Assembly: GCA_043813075.1 (NCBI GenBank)
Contig: JBDRLL010000036.1
Span: 1 to 64,000, forward strand
Origin: Candidatus Altiarchaeota archaeon
GTDB lineage: Archaea > Altiarchaeota > Altiarchaeia > IMC4 > SCGC-AAA252-I15
Direction of reading: 5' to 3'
Length of the DNA: 64,000 bases
Part shown: positions 28,581-39,069 of the stretch, piece by piece
Layout: the number at the start of each line of letters is the position of its first letter
How positions within the stretch are numbered: position 1 is the stretch's first letter
Translations under genes and position numbers: made by a program
The notes under the pieces: generated by a model
The model's database searches: none
What the model was told of the DNA's origin: nothing
What the model saw: the letters and a program-made list of their open reading frames with translations, nothing else

Positions 28581-29225
28581 ATGGGGGAGGTTGTGGTATT
28601 CACGAAGGTGCCTGAGAGAGGCTACGTCAAGAAAAAACTCCAGGTCAAGCTGCCAGCATACCTGGTTGAGGAGATCTACATCGCATTCCTCGTAGACACC
28701 CTGGAAAAGCTTGGGGACTATCATCCTTACGTCGCGTATTACCCTGCCAGGAAGCTCAACTTAATATGGGACATACTCGGCGAGAGGAAGTACATAGTAC
28801 AGAGGGGCAATGACTTCAGGGAGAGGATACTCAACATGTTCTCAGACTTCTACAGGATGGGCGTCAAGGACATGCTGATGGTGGGATGCGACACCCCAAG
28901 CCTAAGGAAAGAGCACATCGACAACGCATTCAAGATGATGGAGTCCAACGACCTGGTTATGGGACCATCCCATGATGGAGGATTCTACCTTCTCGGCGGG
29001 AGCGGTGTTAGCAGCGAACTGTTCGACGACGTCGTCTGGAAGAGCCCTAACGTCCTCGAGAGGGTGAATGAGAACGCGGAAAAACTAGGCCTTAAGACGG
29101 CACTGCTGCCCCAGCTCCGTGACGTCGACAACCCGGAGGACCTGGATGCAGTATGGGAGTCAGGTGAACTGGACGAGAAAGGCAGGACATACAGTGTTAT
29201 GAGGAAGGCGTTCAAGAGGATGTGA
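28581..29225 (+). CDS. DUF2064/TIGR04282-family nucleotidyl/glycosyltransferase-like protein
   Basis: FTKVPERGYVK, QRG-DF-ER, GCDTP, GPSHDGGFYL, DVDNPEDL. Confidence 0.8.
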   Translation: MGEVVVFTKVPERGYVKKKLQVKLPAYLVEEIYIAFLVDTLEKLGDYHPYVAYYPARKLNLIWDILGERKYIVQRGNDFRERILNMFSDFYRMGVKDMLMVGCDTPSLRKEHIDNAFKMMESNDLVMGPSHDGGFYLLGGSGVSSELFDDVVWKSPNVLERVNENAEKLGLKTALLPQLRDVDNPEDLDAVWESGELDEKGRTYSVMRKAFKRM

Positions 29226-29230
29226 GTACT

Positions 29231-30040
29231 TCACGCTTTTCTTAGAGTGATTCTGACTATCTCCGGCGGCGCCATCAGCCGGTTGGGTGTGAACACCATG
29301 CCTATGCCGTTGGTGACGATTATCTTCCGTGACCCCTCGTCATAGAACCCGGAAACCCTCGTCTGCCTCAGTCGTGAAGGCATGTACGGCGCCATCAGCC
29401 GTACTGGGAGTATCTGGCCGCCGTGAGTGTGGCCGGATAGTATCAGGTTTGCTTGATGGGACTCTTGTTTGTCCGCGTACTGTGGGTTGTGGGTTAGGAG
29501 GATCACGTAGTCTTCAGGTGTCGTGGTGATGAGGGTTTTGCTGAGGTCCTGCCTGTCGGTCCATTCGTCGCCGACCCCGCCCACCCGTATCTTGTAGTCG
29601 CCGGACTCCACCCACACAGCGTGGTTGTCGAGTAGCGTGACCCCTGCCTCTTCCAGTGACCGCACGGTCTGTTGTTTCCCGGCCCAGTTGTCGTGGTTCC
29701 CTAGGACGCCGTACACCCCCAACGGAGCTTTAAGAGCATTCAGCTCGCTGATGCACGGCTGGATGTTGTGGCTGCCGCGAGTGGTATAGTCACCCCCCAG
29801 TAGTATCATGTCAGGATTCAGAGAGTTCACCTGGGATACTATATCCGCGAGCCGGTCTTCGGAGACGAATGACCCGCAATGCAGGTCTGAGATGAATGCT
29901 ATGGTCTTGCCGTCGAAGCCGTATGGTATCTGAGGGTCTCTGACCGTGAATTCGCTCACCCTCAGCGTGTAGGGCTCTATGAAGGAGTAGAGTATGACGC
30001 ACAATATCACTGCGTACAGGATTTTGGCTGGAGTATTCAT
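29231..30040 (-). CDS. metallophosphoesterase (YkuE-like)
   Basis: SDLH, GGDY, GNHD, HNP, GHTHGGQ. Confidence 0.9.
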   Translation of the reverse strand: MNTPAKILYAVILCVILYSFIEPYTLRVSEFTVRDPQIPYGFDGKTIAFISDLHCGSFVSEDRLADIVSQVNSLNPDMILLGGDYTTRGSHNIQPCISELNALKAPLGVYGVLGNHDNWAGKQQTVRSLEEAGVTLLDNHAVWVESGDYKIRVGGVGDEWTDRQDLSKTLITTTPEDYVILLTHNPQYADKQESHQANLILSGHTHGGQILPVRLMAPYMPSRLRQTRVSGFYDEGSRKIIVTNGIGMVFTPNRLMAPPEIVRITLRKA

Positions 30041-30104
30041 TCTAGGAGAATAATCGGAGTATAAGGTAAAAACAGTTTTTTTATATTATACCGCCCAGTT
30101 ATTA

Positions 30105-30539
30105 ATGAGTGTTATGGCCATAGAGAAGAGGGAACTTCAGGGCAGGAGGAATACGGTTAGATTCACTGGAGTGCCAGCCAACGTCGCAGGAGAGGATACT
30201 ACCATGACGGTGATAATGGAGGATACTCCTGTCAGGGAGCTTGACGCGGCTGCTCTTGAATTGAGGGAGGATTTTGAAAGTTCCTGCCGGCTGGCAAAGG
30301 ATGAGGGAGGATTCAGAAGAATAACCGTGGACGTGGGGTTTGATGACCGCAGTATACGGGGCTTCAGGTCGAGCCCGACTGAAGACATGTCTCAGGCTAC
30401 TCTGGCTGGCGGAAAGATCGCCATAGGCTTGACTGTGGACGAGAGGGGTACCGGATGGACAGTGAGAGACGCCCCGGACATGGACCGGATACTAAGGCAG
30501 AACCTCAGGGATATCGGAATAGTCGTCAGAGGCAGGTAA
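30105..30539 (+). CDS. hypothetical protein
   Basis: 144-aa ORF filling the gap after an AT-rich promoter-like tract. Confidence 0.55.
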   Translation: MSVMAIEKRELQGRRNTVRFTGVPANVAGEDTTMTVIMEDTPVRELDAAALELREDFESSCRLAKDEGGFRRITVDVGFDDRSIRGFRSSPTEDMSQATLAGGKIAIGLTVDERGTGWTVRDAPDMDRILRQNLRDIGIVVRGR

Positions 30540-30572
30540 GCCTTATTTAGCTAGTCTTACGAATTATCGGAT

Positions 30573-31166
30573 ATGTTAGGGATTCCAGGAGATGTGCTGG
30601 TCGGATGGGTCCTCATACCGTTGATGATCTTCTTCGCGAGGATAATAGACGTCACCATCGGCACCGTAAAGCTGATACTACTCTCGAAAGGCTACAGGCG
30701 GATAACCCCCTTCCTAGCGTTCTTCGAGGTTTTGATATGGCTTCTCGTGATAACCCAGATAATGAGGCACCTCGACAACCCCATCAACTATATCGCATAC
30801 GCAGCCGGTTTCGCGACCGGGACCTACGTGGGCATGATCATCGAGGAGAAGCTGGCCTACGGGGAGGTGGCCGTGAACGTCGTCACCAACAGGGACGCTA
30901 GGATACTGCTGGAGTACCTTAATTCAAACGGTTATACCACAACGTCCTCCAGGGGGAGGGGGGAGGGCAAGCCTGTGCACATATTCTTTACAGTAGTCCG
31001 GAGGAAGGAAGTCCCGAATGTGACTGAGATAATAAAGAGGTATAACCCAAGCGCCTTCTACACGATACAGGACGTGAAATTCGTGAGCGAGGAGCCGACG
31101 CCAATGAACAACAAGAACATTGGACTGTTCACGAGGATGTTAAACGATATAAGGAAGTCCAAGTAG
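30573..31166 (+). CDS. UPF0316/DUF2179 membrane protein
   Basis: FFARIIDVTIGT, FFEVLIW, YAAGFATGTYVGM, PSAFYTIQDV. Confidence 0.85.
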   Translation: MLGIPGDVLVGWVLIPLMIFFARIIDVTIGTVKLILLSKGYRRITPFLAFFEVLIWLLVITQIMRHLDNPINYIAYAAGFATGTYVGMIIEEKLAYGEVAVNVVTNRDARILLEYLNSNGYTTTSSRGRGEGKPVHIFFTVVRRKEVPNVTEIIKRYNPSAFYTIQDVKFVSEEPTPMNNKNIGLFTRMLNDIRKSK

Positions 31167-31417
31167 CCTACTGGGACAGGAACCACTTGCTCAGCCGAAC
31201 CTGCGCATAATATTACTAAAGCCATTAAACCCACGTATATGAGGGTTTTCCCGTGTTTTTCCGTTGATTTCATGTTTTCACCAAAAATTTTGATTCGCAA
31301 TCGTTGCTAGTGCTTTCGTTGAAACGATATAAAAACCATGGTTGGAACAAACGTTCAAAAAACGTTCCACAATCCATTTTCTTGTATAATAAAGAAAATT
31401 GCGATTAGGTAACCGGG

Positions 31418-31768
31418 ATGGGCTCGTATATCAAAGACGTTTGTTATGATCTCCTGGACTACATGGAGGACTTTAAAGACCACCTAGTCAAGAAGAGGAA
31501 GAAGGCCCACAAGAGGATGAGGAAGGGGGTGGGCAAGAAGGGCCGGCCCGCCTACGCGCTCGCCGAGAGGATTCGTGGGGTGATTTATGTTATCGTCGGG
31601 CTTAGCATTGCATACAGTGCTTTTATAGGCGTCGTTTCTGGGGTCACTGGGATGAGGGACTTCGCATCATTCATGATAAACAACTTGGTCGGGCGAATCA
31701 TCATAACGTCTATAGGCGTAGCATACCTTATTCACGGGACATGGAAGATTGTGATGGGCGCTGACTGA
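31418..31768 (+). CDS. small membrane protein
   Basis: Basic N-terminal region followed by two TM helices. Confidence 0.6.
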   Translation: MGSYIKDVCYDLLDYMEDFKDHLVKKRKKAHKRMRKGVGKKGRPAYALAERIRGVIYVIVGLSIAYSAFIGVVSGVTGMRDFASFMINNLVGRIIITSIGVAYLIHGTWKIVMGAD

Positions 31769-32948
31769 ACACTTCGCCCACAATCTTTCCGGCGATAATC
31801 GCGTTGGCCTTGCCGGAATAGTGGACAGGGTATATGCTTTCAACACCGTTCTTACTTGCCGCTTCAAGCAGTTCCGGCGCAGGGTCTATGACATTGAATT
31901 CCGACGACAGTCGGGTGAGGAGGGGCTGGTGGTAGTAATCCTCGCCCTTCATCCTCATCTCCAGGTCCCTGCGGATCGGCAGGTGGAGTATGTATACCTC
32001 TGAATTCCTGGATGACTCGTTCACAAACCTCCGGATTATCCGATAGCATAGTTCAGCCCCCGGGGAACCGTCAGCGTAATACTCCCTCTGGCGCAGGTCA
32101 TAGTCCCTCAAGTCCATTATCGAATAGATGCTTGACACGAGCTTAGAGTAGTAGAGGGGGTTGGTTGCTGAATAGTCTCGCGGGTCATAATAGTGCTCGT
32201 GCCTTGAGAGGGGATGCGAATCGAAATCCATGATAACCGCAGGTATCTTACGGTAGTCGATTGTCGGATGGTTAACCAGGTCGAGGCCTTCCCCGGAGAA
32301 TAGGAATCGCGGTTTTGAGAAAGGCATCCTGGAGTTCCGGTAGTAGAATATGCGGAATATGTTCTCATTGCGCATGCAGTTCTCGGGCTGAAAGCCGATT
32401 ATCACAACATCCAATGAGTAGTTGGAGCCGCGGTACACCCACATCAGATAGGACTGGTCTATCCCATACCCCCCGACAGCAAAATTCAATGCCTCCACGT
32501 GGGGGAGACTGTCTTCCAGATGGCTTCCGATGGACTGCCCGTAGGGGACTTCAGCACCGTAAATGAAAGAGTCGCCGAACAGGCCGACGCGCAGTGTATT
32601 GTTGGTTTTGTTGAAGCTGAATTCGCGGGGGCTTCGTATTCCAGCGGAATTGGACTCGTAGAGCCCATCACTGGCGTTGACATTACCCCTGATAGCCCAG
32701 CCTAGATGGGGGTCTGACACCATGAGACTGTCATTACGGGACTCATATTCATCTATCAGCGATGTGACCAGCCGGACTGGGAGGGTGTAGGGGCGGAAGC
32801 GGGCGTGAAAAGAGTATTCCCCGTCATCGTCCCATGTTCCGATAATGTTGAGGACTAGTTCAGACAGCACGAGGGTTATCATGAGCATGAGCAGGGTCTT
32901 CCCGGAGAAGTCCATTATTCTCCTAACGTGCATCCAGGGTTCATTCAT
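31728..32948 (-). CDS. SGNH/GDSL hydrolase-family protein
   Basis: FGDSF, NFAVGGYG, HYSGKAN. Confidence 0.8.
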   Translation of the reverse strand: MNEPWMHVRRIMDFSGKTLLMLMITLVLSELVLNIIGTWDDDGEYSFHARFRPYTLPVRLVTSLIDEYESRNDSLMVSDPHLGWAIRGNVNASDGLYESNSAGIRSPREFSFNKTNNTLRVGLFGDSFIYGAEVPYGQSIGSHLEDSLPHVEALNFAVGGYGIDQSYLMWVYRGSNYSLDVVIIGFQPENCMRNENIFRIFYYRNSRMPFSKPRFLFSGEGLDLVNHPTIDYRKIPAVIMDFDSHPLSRHEHYYDPRDYSATNPLYYSKLVSSIYSIMDLRDYDLRQREYYADGSPGAELCYRIIRRFVNESSRNSEVYILHLPIRRDLEMRMKGEDYYHQPLLTRLSSEFNVIDPAPELLEAASKNGVESIYPVHYSGKANAIIAGKIVGEVFSQRPSQSSMSRE

Positions 32949-32988
32949 TTTAGATGGATAAAAAGAGGCTTATATTATGTGATGCTTA

Positions 32989-35745
32989 ATGTCTAATAAA
33001 AGGGTGGTTGAGTTGTGTTGCTCTAATGGTTTTAGGTTGTTTGTTATCGCTTCGATTATTGTGGTGTTGTCGTCAGGCTATTGCCTTGCGAAGATTGATG
33101 AGACTCCGGGATGGGAATCCGGGATGAAGCCTGGCAAGAAGATTCCTGACGCAGGCATTCCCACAGTCGTGACTGAGGCGCCGCCTGAAGGAGACTACCA
33201 TTCGACGGGAGCATTGCAGGACAGCCAGAGAAAGCCGGCGCTCGTCCTGATATTGGATAACGTGGGCAAGGAGGAGTGTGTCGACGGCTCTGGCGGGGGG
33301 GAGGACAGGGTGGCGGAAGCCGCTGCCAGGAGCTGGTTCAACAGCCACCAGGATACGGGATACGACAAGTACGTTCTCATAGAGGATCCTGGGATGAGCG
33401 CTTGCGACGAGAACGCGGACCCGGACTGGCCGACCGGAAACGATAGTCTCGCTAGGTTCGAGATTGCGGAAGAGCTGCAGGATTTGTGCGACGACGGATA
33501 CTTCATGGACATACTGGTCTTCACGCACGGCGGGTATAATGGGGGTGAAGGTTCGATAGGCGTTGTCGGGAGGGATATAGGGCCCAGCACGCTGGTCGGC
33601 TTCTCCGGAGTGAGGGATAAGCTGCCCATACGCATGGTCTACCAGATGAACTGTTTCGGGTCGCTTTTGAACGACAAGTGGGTGGAGTTGGGGGCTCAGA
33701 CAGTAAGCGGAGCCAGGTACGTGAACTTCCTGCCAACCATATATTCGTATGTCTTCGGCCACGGGCAGGAGGGCTGGTTTGAAGGCGACTCTTATTATGA
33801 CTCAGTGTACGACAACATGTATGTGCAGGAGGGTCCTGCGACAGCGAATGCGGTAGCCTTGATATACACGGTCACTGGGATAAAGGATATGATGGGTGAG
33901 GAGCCATTTAACGACTGGATAACACACTATGGGGGTAACATGAATTCGCCCTGCGTTTCTTACGACTCTTGCCCGGAGCTATCCCAGCAGGAGGAGGTTG
34001 ATGTGATATACTGGAGCAGCAAGCCATTGTTTGAAGGGGATTCCGGCATCACCATCAACAGCCCGTTCAGGGGTAGCATGGGAGTTTGCGGGGGCTGTCC
34101 GGGGATATACGACCCAAACGCCAGCAGAAGTGACTTTGACGGGTGTCCAGACGCCTGTGACAACTGCCCTAACGCGGATAACGACGGCCAGGAGGACGCG
34201 GATGGTGACGGCGTCGGGGATGCGTGCGACAATTGCCTGGAGGACAGTAACCCTGGCCAGGAGGACGCGGATGGTGATGATGTGGGAGACGTGTGCGAGC
34301 AGGCTGAACTATCGCTGATTGTGGAATACGACGAGTTCGATGAGGAGGAGTTGAATGACGGCGGGACTAGGCTCGATTGGATTATGACCACAAAGGTTGA
34401 GAACACAGGCTCAAAGGACGTGGAAGCAGGAGTAGTGCTCAAGGCAACATGGACTCAGGGAGTCGTGACTGAGAAGAAAGACGGCTCGGTGGATGATGAG
34501 GCCGAGAAAATCATGGTCTTGAAGAGGCTTAAGAACGGTAATACAGTTCAAATCGCGGTAGCTCCGAGAGGCGAGAAGACGGGCGGCGGTGATGTCGTAA
34601 TGCGGGCGAACGTGTTGAAGCCGCTTGAGAGGGAGGAGAGCATTACCCTCACAAACGGGCTTCCTGAGGGTTCAAGCGTGGAATTCAGCCAGCAGACATT
34701 CACGGTTACCCTTGGCCCGGACGTTGAGTGCGCTGAAGTCATACACACGATAGAGCTGGAGGATACGCCGGAAGTCGATGAGACTGACGAGAACAACAGG
34801 ATGGACTTGGAGGCGTACAATACGATGAAGAACTGCCTCAACACCATGGAGATAAGCCCTGAAGAGATAACGAAAGACGTTGTGGGGCCTTCAATCGCGG
34901 TCGAGCCTGGAGTCTCAAAGGAATGGCTGAAAGACGCTACCGAAGCGGGCATGGACCAGTTGTATGGGATTGTCAGCAAGGTGGGGCCTGAAGGAGGGAT
35001 GGTGGTTTCAGGGGGCCTTGTCCTCGATATACCGGAGGGTGTGCTGGACAGGAAGGTTCCGGTTCAGGTCAGATTGACTCAGGCAAGGAATCTCAAGGGC
35101 ATCACGAGTGTGGGTGACGTGTACAACGTGATGATGCCAGGTAACGTGAAATACTCGGGTAATGTTATCATGACCATCGGGTACGATGAAGAGAGTATCC
35201 CGGAAGGCATTTCGGAGTCCAGTCTTAAGGTACTGCACCACACCAATGGAGTCTGGAATGCGTTGGAGTCAACGGTTAACGAGGCGGGAAACACTGTGAG
35301 CGCGCCAGTCAACAGCTTCTCACTGTTCACTGTCGGCGTGCTGAGTGAAAGGCCCCCAGGACAAGGGAGGATAAGGCCTGAAAACGTGTTGGAGATGAAT
35401 CCAGGCAGGATGAACAGGCCAAGAATCAATGCAAGCATTGGCAAGATGAGTGGGATGAAGCCGAACCTCACTGGAGTCAGGCCCACAATGCCGGAAGGTG
35501 GGGGGGGACGGGTTTTAGGGTCGCAGAACAGGTTTGTGATGGGGAATATTATGGAGGGTGAGAGGTTAGGATCTGTGCAGGAGGTCGAGCACATGAACCG
35601 GAAGGCATTCCTAGTGCAGAAGAGGAGGAGGGTGAGGTTGTTGGGTGTCGTGCCAGTGGACATGGACGTGAAGACCATTGTTGACGCTGAGGATGGGAGG
35701 CAACTCAGGGAGGAGAAGCCTTGGTGGGGTTTCCTGGGGGTCTGA
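32989..35745 (+). CDS. large modular secreted protein (possible clan CD peptidase domain, TSP3 repeats, ZU5-like domain)
   Basis: Signal peptide; FTHGG...QMNCFG; QEDADGDGVGDACDNC twice; GPEGG...NSFSLF; tail RLLGVVPV...KPWWGFL. Confidence 0.7.
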   Translation: MSNKRVVELCCSNGFRLFVIASIIVVLSSGYCLAKIDETPGWESGMKPGKKIPDAGIPTVVTEAPPEGDYHSTGALQDSQRKPALVLILDNVGKEECVDGSGGGEDRVAEAAARSWFNSHQDTGYDKYVLIEDPGMSACDENADPDWPTGNDSLARFEIAEELQDLCDDGYFMDILVFTHGGYNGGEGSIGVVGRDIGPSTLVGFSGVRDKLPIRMVYQMNCFGSLLNDKWVELGAQTVSGARYVNFLPTIYSYVFGHGQEGWFEGDSYYDSVYDNMYVQEGPATANAVALIYTVTGIKDMMGEEPFNDWITHYGGNMNSPCVSYDSCPELSQQEEVDVIYWSSKPLFEGDSGITINSPFRGSMGVCGGCPGIYDPNASRSDFDGCPDACDNCPNADNDGQEDADGDGVGDACDNCLEDSNPGQEDADGDDVGDVCEQAELSLIVEYDEFDEEELNDGGTRLDWIMTTKVENTGSKDVEAGVVLKATWTQGVVTEKKDGSVDDEAEKIMVLKRLKNGNTVQIAVAPRGEKTGGGDVVMRANVLKPLEREESITLTNGLPEGSSVEFSQQTFTVTLGPDVECAEVIHTIELEDTPEVDETDENNRMDLEAYNTMKNCLNTMEISPEEITKDVVGPSIAVEPGVSKEWLKDATEAGMDQLYGIVSKVGPEGGMVVSGGLVLDIPEGVLDRKVPVQVRLTQARNLKGITSVGDVYNVMMPGNVKYSGNVIMTIGYDEESIPEGISESSLKVLHHTNGVWNALESTVNEAGNTVSAPVNSFSLFTVGVLSERPPGQGRIRPENVLEMNPGRMNRPRINASIGKMSGMKPNLTGVRPTMPEGGGGRVLGSQNRFVMGNIMEGERLGSVQEVEHMNRKAFLVQKRRRVRLLGVVPVDMDVKTIVDAEDGRQLREEKPWWGFLGV

Positions 35746-35759
35746 GGATATCCAGTGAG

Positions 35760-36038
35760 TCATTTTTTATTCAGCCCTATTATGAAGTGGTCCAACTGTA
35801 TTCTCATCGACTCGTCCTCGGGGCTGTGGATTATTATCTCAGCCATCTCCGTTACCGCGTCAACCCAGTCGTTTTTTAATGCAGGAGTGTGAGAGTCCAA
35901 CCCTATTTTTATCAGGGATCTTATGGCCTCAGCACGGTTCTTCACACCTTCTTTGTGCATCCAGAGGCCTACCTGGCGTAGTGTTTCATCATCCAGGCGG
36001 ACACCTATGATTGGGGCATAAGACCTATTACGAGACAT
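35760..36038 (-). CDS. ribbon-helix-helix (CopG-like) protein
   Basis: IIGVRLDDET...NRAEAIRSLIKIGL. Confidence 0.7.
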   Translation of the reverse strand: MSRNRSYAPIIGVRLDDETLRQVGLWMHKEGVKNRAEAIRSLIKIGLDSHTPALKNDWVDAVTEMAEIIIHSPEDESMRIQLDHFIIGLNKK

Positions 36039-36155
36039 TTTATACAACAATTGTTGTATAATATATAACAACTATGTTTATAAATTGCTGGTTTATTTCA
36101 GGATTTCCACATGGTTACCGGGTTCTTTATATGGAATCAGGCCATATTCTAAACC

Positions 36156-36791
36156 GTGAGAAACAATAGTATTGCCGCATTAACATTAATCTTGAGTATA
36201 CTGGGTTGTATTGGGGGTGATGATGTGGGCAAAAAGACACCAGACTACAGCAGACTAGAAGAGAATCCGGGACTGGAGGTCGCAACATTCGCGGGCGGAT
36301 GCTTCTGGTGCATGGAGGCAGGATTCGAACCACTAGAGGGAGTTGTGGAAGCAGTATCAGGATACACCGGAGGGAGAGACGATGACCCTACATACGACGA
36401 GGTGTCGACAGGCTCTACAGGACACCTAGAGGCCGTGCAGGTATACTACGATCCGGAGAAGATTTCATACAGAGAGTTGGTGGAAGAGTACTGGAAGAAC
36501 ATAGACCCTACAGACGCTGGAGGACAGTTCGCGGATCGCGGCAGCCAGTATGAGACCGCCATATTCTACCATAATGAAGAGCAGAAGAGGATTGCCGATG
36601 AATCAAAGAAGATGCTGCAGGAATCAGGCAAATACGATTCCCCAATAGCCACTAAGGTCATAAAGTTCGAGAGGTTCTACACTGCAGAAGAATACCATCA
36701 GGACTACTATAAGAAGAACAACGTCCACTACAGCGCATACAAAAAAGGCTCCGGTAGAGAGGGATACATAAAAAGGCTCTGGGGCGATTAG
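36156..36791 (+). CDS. msrA: peptide-methionine (S)-S-oxide reductase, lipoprotein
   Basis: FAGGCFWCME, SGYTGG, GQFADRG, AEEYHQDYY. Confidence 0.95.
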   Translation: MRNNSIAALTLILSILGCIGGDDVGKKTPDYSRLEENPGLEVATFAGGCFWCMEAGFEPLEGVVEAVSGYTGGRDDDPTYDEVSTGSTGHLEAVQVYYDPEKISYRELVEEYWKNIDPTDAGGQFADRGSQYETAIFYHNEEQKRIADESKKMLQESGKYDSPIATKVIKFERFYTAEEYHQDYYKKNNVHYSAYKKGSGREGYIKRLWGD

Positions 36792-36794
36792 GCA

Positions 36795-38033
36795 TCAGAG
36801 ATATCCGGCACCATGAATCTTATCCCTTAAACCTGGTTCAAAACGCATCCCACCAAGCATTTCAGGTGTTATGCGCGTCATACGGTAGATTAAACGCCTC
36901 TCACCAGCATCATTGAAGAATGGACTCCAATACTCCCAGACAACCTCACCATCCCGGGTAACCTCGAAAACATGGCCCTTGTTCGTCTCTGAGATAAGCA
37001 CGTTACCGCCTGGCAGAGGCTGCGCAGAACCCCTGGTGCGCGAGAAAAACAGGTTTTTAGGATCCCTAGCATACTCCCAGACAATGCTCTTGTCTGCCGG
37101 ATCGACCTCCAAAACCCTCGAGTAGTTCCTACGCGCACCATTGTCGAAAACCAGTATATTACCTTCCTCTGTCAAAGTAGGCTTGTGCGGCGAGTCAATG
37201 ATTCCAGGCCCCCAAGACCATAAGACCTCCTTGGTTTCCGCATCCAGTATTGCCACCATGTTTATTAGGAGCGAACACACCATTATGTCCCCTTTACCCG
37301 CGACACCTATGTCGCGGTCAAGCACCTCCACAGTGTTTATGTGGAACACGTCGACGAAATCCTCGACTTCCAGGTCAACGTACTCCCTTAGCTTGCTTTC
37401 AGGCACGTATCCGGCAAGCGGCTCCATGAGGGATATTGTGTCGACGAGACTGCCGTTATTATCGAACACTTCAATAACATCAATTCCCGCGTCAATCCTC
37501 TTATCCATAAGGTATGGGTCGGTGAGGTTACCGAATCCTTCTGCGACAGACATGTTGCGGATCACCTTAAAAGAAAGCGCGTAGACCCGCCCACCACCAG
37601 AAGCCCAGACGTCGTGATGATACGGTCCATTCTTCACCCATATTGGGGTTGAGTCAGAGTCTAGTTTCATCAGATTCTTTAGTTCCCCGGGAGCCGGTAC
37701 TGCAAGTAGGTTTCCGTCGCCGTCAAGCATCACATGCTCCCAAACCCCAATGTTGTCTCGCGACCAGGAGTGTACGACTTCACCACCCATATCCATGAGA
37801 TATGCCTCTGAAGTCATGAACGGAGTGAACAGGTTCAATCCCTTTACCGAGAGGTATGGGTTGTATAAGGTCACTCCCGTGTTTACCGGGCTCTGCTCCT
37901 CCTCAACATGATCCACGTAACCGAGACTCTTCAACCGCGTCTCAAGCAGGCTAGGCCCGCCATTACTTGCCTGCTGGTCGGCAGCCAGACAACCGGAGAA
38001 TAGGACTATCAAGACGAAACATACGAGCCTCAT
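36795..38033 (-). CDS. arylsulfotransferase (ASST)-family lipoprotein
   Basis: HHD, FHIN, ILVFDNG, SRVLE, GSAQPLPGGNVLISE. Confidence 0.8.
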   Translation of the reverse strand: MRLVCFVLIVLFSGCLAADQQASNGGPSLLETRLKSLGYVDHVEEEQSPVNTGVTLYNPYLSVKGLNLFTPFMTSEAYLMDMGGEVVHSWSRDNIGVWEHVMLDGDGNLLAVPAPGELKNLMKLDSDSTPIWVKNGPYHHDVWASGGGRVYALSFKVIRNMSVAEGFGNLTDPYLMDKRIDAGIDVIEVFDNNGSLVDTISLMEPLAGYVPESKLREYVDLEVEDFVDVFHINTVEVLDRDIGVAGKGDIMVCSLLINMVAILDAETKEVLWSWGPGIIDSPHKPTLTEEGNILVFDNGARRNYSRVLEVDPADKSIVWEYARDPKNLFFSRTRGSAQPLPGGNVLISETNKGHVFEVTRDGEVVWEYWSPFFNDAGERRLIYRMTRITPEMLGGMRFEPGLRDKIHGAGYL

Positions 38034-38153
38034 GATGTTAAAAAAAGGCGTTTATGGTTAATTAGGTGAAGTAATGCCGTAGAACGTGGATTGGAGGTAT
38101 CCATTTGGAGACTGCGTCTTATTTATTGCAGTGGCGCTATATGTAGAAACCAA

Positions 38154-39038
38154 ATGGACCGGGTTTTCACGATATTCATTCTCTTGACCGCTATTTTCGG
38201 GGTGGTAATCTACGGCATAGCTTATTTTCAGGAGAGTTCGGCAGATTACGCCAGCCCACCCCAGGAGGAGATACCTTCTCCAACAACAATAAGGGCTACG
38301 ACAACAAGCTCTAGCACCAGCACGTCAACCACGTCCACGACCACAAGCATGCCGACGACATCGACCACAATGCCCAGATACATGCTGGTCGAACACGACA
38401 ATCTAGGGAAATGCAGCAACACCCTAATAGGGAAGATGAACACGTTAAACGTCGAGGTCAACGGGGAGGATATTACCGGCAACTGGGGTGTGAACGCGGG
38501 CCCGAAGTGGATTTACGTGTGCGACGGGAATGAGGTGGAATTCGACAAGTCCATGTTCAAGGGAGGCAGGAACATAGAGGCTTTGGAGAAGGTGGAGGGG
38601 GAATACAGGCTGATGGCAAAATGCGGTAGGAACCAGTTGGTGGATGACCTCAACGACTGCCTGGACCTAAAGGTTTACCTGGACACCGCCTCAGTGAACA
38701 TGACCAGCATAGACGGCACAGGAGTGGAGGAATACGCAGCCACTGATGAGACGATCACCAGCACCACGACAACGCTGGCCGAAAACCCATACCTCGAGAA
38801 GTTCAAGGGCAAAGGCTATCGTAAGGCAGACTTGGACGTAGCGTGGATGTGTCCGACATGCGTTCCGGCAGTGAACAAGGTGTTCATGAACGAGCCTGGA
38901 GTTAAGTCCAAGAGCATCGGATACAGGCAGGATATAAACTATGTGATATACGATCCGGGGATAATAGGGCTTGAGAGGATAATGAGGCTCGCCAACGCGG
39001 GGGGAACCGCGACACTCATCAACGACACAGACATGTAG
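38154..39038 (+). CDS. membrane-anchored protein with C-terminal HMA-like domain
   Basis: N-terminal TM, Thr linkers, MCPTC...PGV...YDP. Confidence 0.6.
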   Translation: MDRVFTIFILLTAIFGVVIYGIAYFQESSADYASPPQEEIPSPTTIRATTTSSSTSTSTTSTTTSMPTTSTTMPRYMLVEHDNLGKCSNTLIGKMNTLNVEVNGEDITGNWGVNAGPKWIYVCDGNEVEFDKSMFKGGRNIEALEKVEGEYRLMAKCGRNQLVDDLNDCLDLKVYLDTASVNMTSIDGTGVEEYAATDETITSTTTTLAENPYLEKFKGKGYRKADLDVAWMCPTCVPAVNKVFMNEPGVKSKSIGYRQDINYVIYDPGIIGLERIMRLANAGGTATLINDTDM

Positions 39039-39069
39039 GGTAATAAAACAAGGGGTTTAATAGATACTG

